NCBI RefSeq assembly: GCF_040938485.1 | Contig: NW_027272894.1 | Coordinates: forward strand, 248,001 to 312,000 | DNA: 64,000 bases | Origin: Diadema antillarum | Taxonomy: Eukaryota | Direction of reading: 5' to 3' | Shown: in pieces, positions 63,011 through 64,000 of the stretch | Layout: each line of letters begins with the position of its first letter | Numbering within the stretch: position 1 is the first letter of the stretch | Made by a program: the position numbers and the translations under genes | The notes under the pieces: generated by a model | The model's database searches: none | Told to the model about the DNA's origin: nothing | What the model saw: only the letters and a program-made list of their open reading frames with translations

Positions 63011-64000
63011 GTGTCACCAATATTGTATGTAACATAAAACATCCCTTTTTTCCAATCAAGTGCAGTTACAAATTTGTATGCAGTAAAGGTACTCTTCTTT
63101 TGTAATACTTCTTGTAGTATCACATGAGAGAGTTGATTTCTTTTTGTTGGCCACTCAATTGAACAAATGGCCACTTACCTGGTACATACATCTAGTATCT
63201 GCTTGTCCTTCAGTTGATTATGGGCTTTCATGATATTGGCAAAATAATAGTTTGTGCATTAAATTTTATTTGACTGTGTAGGATTAAAAGTGACATCAAA
63301 AGTAGCATATTGTGATGTTAATGGTTCGTTTAATTTTATGATTCCGAGATCAGAACTGCATGCATGACATGTTATTCTGTCAAATTACAACATATGTCCC
63401 TACAGTTGTATGCTGTGAAGCCTTCTGAAGCCAAAATTACAGTAGATAACCCGCTCTGAAAAGATGCACTTTGTCTAGTACACCAACAGAATACACCACA
63501 TGCAGTTCTGTCTTTTTTGGCCCAAAACGTGACTGGCCTTCGCTGCAAATGATAGATGATGAATTATTTCCTGCAAGCGTGCAACCTCTGTCTGAATGCG
63601 CATCGCAACAAAATGTATCAAGTAGTAGACTGTCAGCAAGCAGCTACAAATATTGCAGTATGGTTGACTCTGCCGAATGAAGACGCATTCAAACCTTCAA
63701 GCAACATAAAGACACATTAATTAACATGTTTTCATATAGTTTTTCAATTCCTATCATAGATACAATGTATGCTAAAGATAATGAGCGATACCAATCTGAT
63801 ACACAGTGTGCTATTTTGACAAGTAACCAGCATGCTGCACTACTCATATGTACAATTGTACCGCTATGACTACCAAATCTGACTGTAGAGTGCAAATGAT
63901 AATATCAGTCGGTCATCAACGTGGAGGTACAGAAGTTACATGTTACGCATGTGAATCTTCCTTGGCCCCTTTGTGGAAGTACAGAGTACACATGTGGTAT

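Noticed and set aside
1-64000. CRISPR arrays, rRNA, operons, prophage or an intact transposase/RT gene
   Set aside because: No repeat-spacer arrays, rRNA-like sequence or long intronless ORFs; the window is spliceosomal-intron-containing animal DNA.

Overview
AT-rich animal genomic DNA with many introns and repeats and three N gaps. An invertebrate deuterostome, probably an echinoderm such as a sea urchin, is inferred from repeat style and exon structure. Three protein-coding genes are well supported. (1) A Tribbles pseudokinase on the minus strand: coding exons 7875-7615 and 462-170, with the last exon off the left edge. (2) A complete 11-exon ERGIC3 on the minus strand, 49809 to 21788. It gives 1182 nt and 393 aa if the last base of exon 6 lies in the N gap. 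(3) A 77-aa ROMO1 on the plus strand (28025-28149 + 29514-29622), nested antisense inside the 10.4-kb intron 8 of ERGIC3. A fourth, unidentified plus-strand gene may start near 56.5-56.8 kb (CLEAR/E-box palindrome, 9-codon first exon, 25-nt microexon). The rest is non-autonomous DNA transposons (mariner-, piggyBac-, Kolobok-, Harbinger- and EnSpm-like MITEs, DINE-1/Helentron-like elements, some nested), tRNA-derived SINE heads, two LINE remnants and microsatellites. The most interesting unexplained signals are: the nested ROMO1 and an apparent CpG boundary beside it; C/EBP and C/EBP-ATF motifs around Tribbles, including two look-alike modules 13.8 kb apart; inverted repeat pairs bracketing ERGIC3 exons 6-8; and a 1.4-kb direct duplication enclosing a motif-dense CpG-rich core. 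No prokaryotic-type system (CRISPR, operon, defence island) is present, and I cannot claim a novel biological system from sequence alone.
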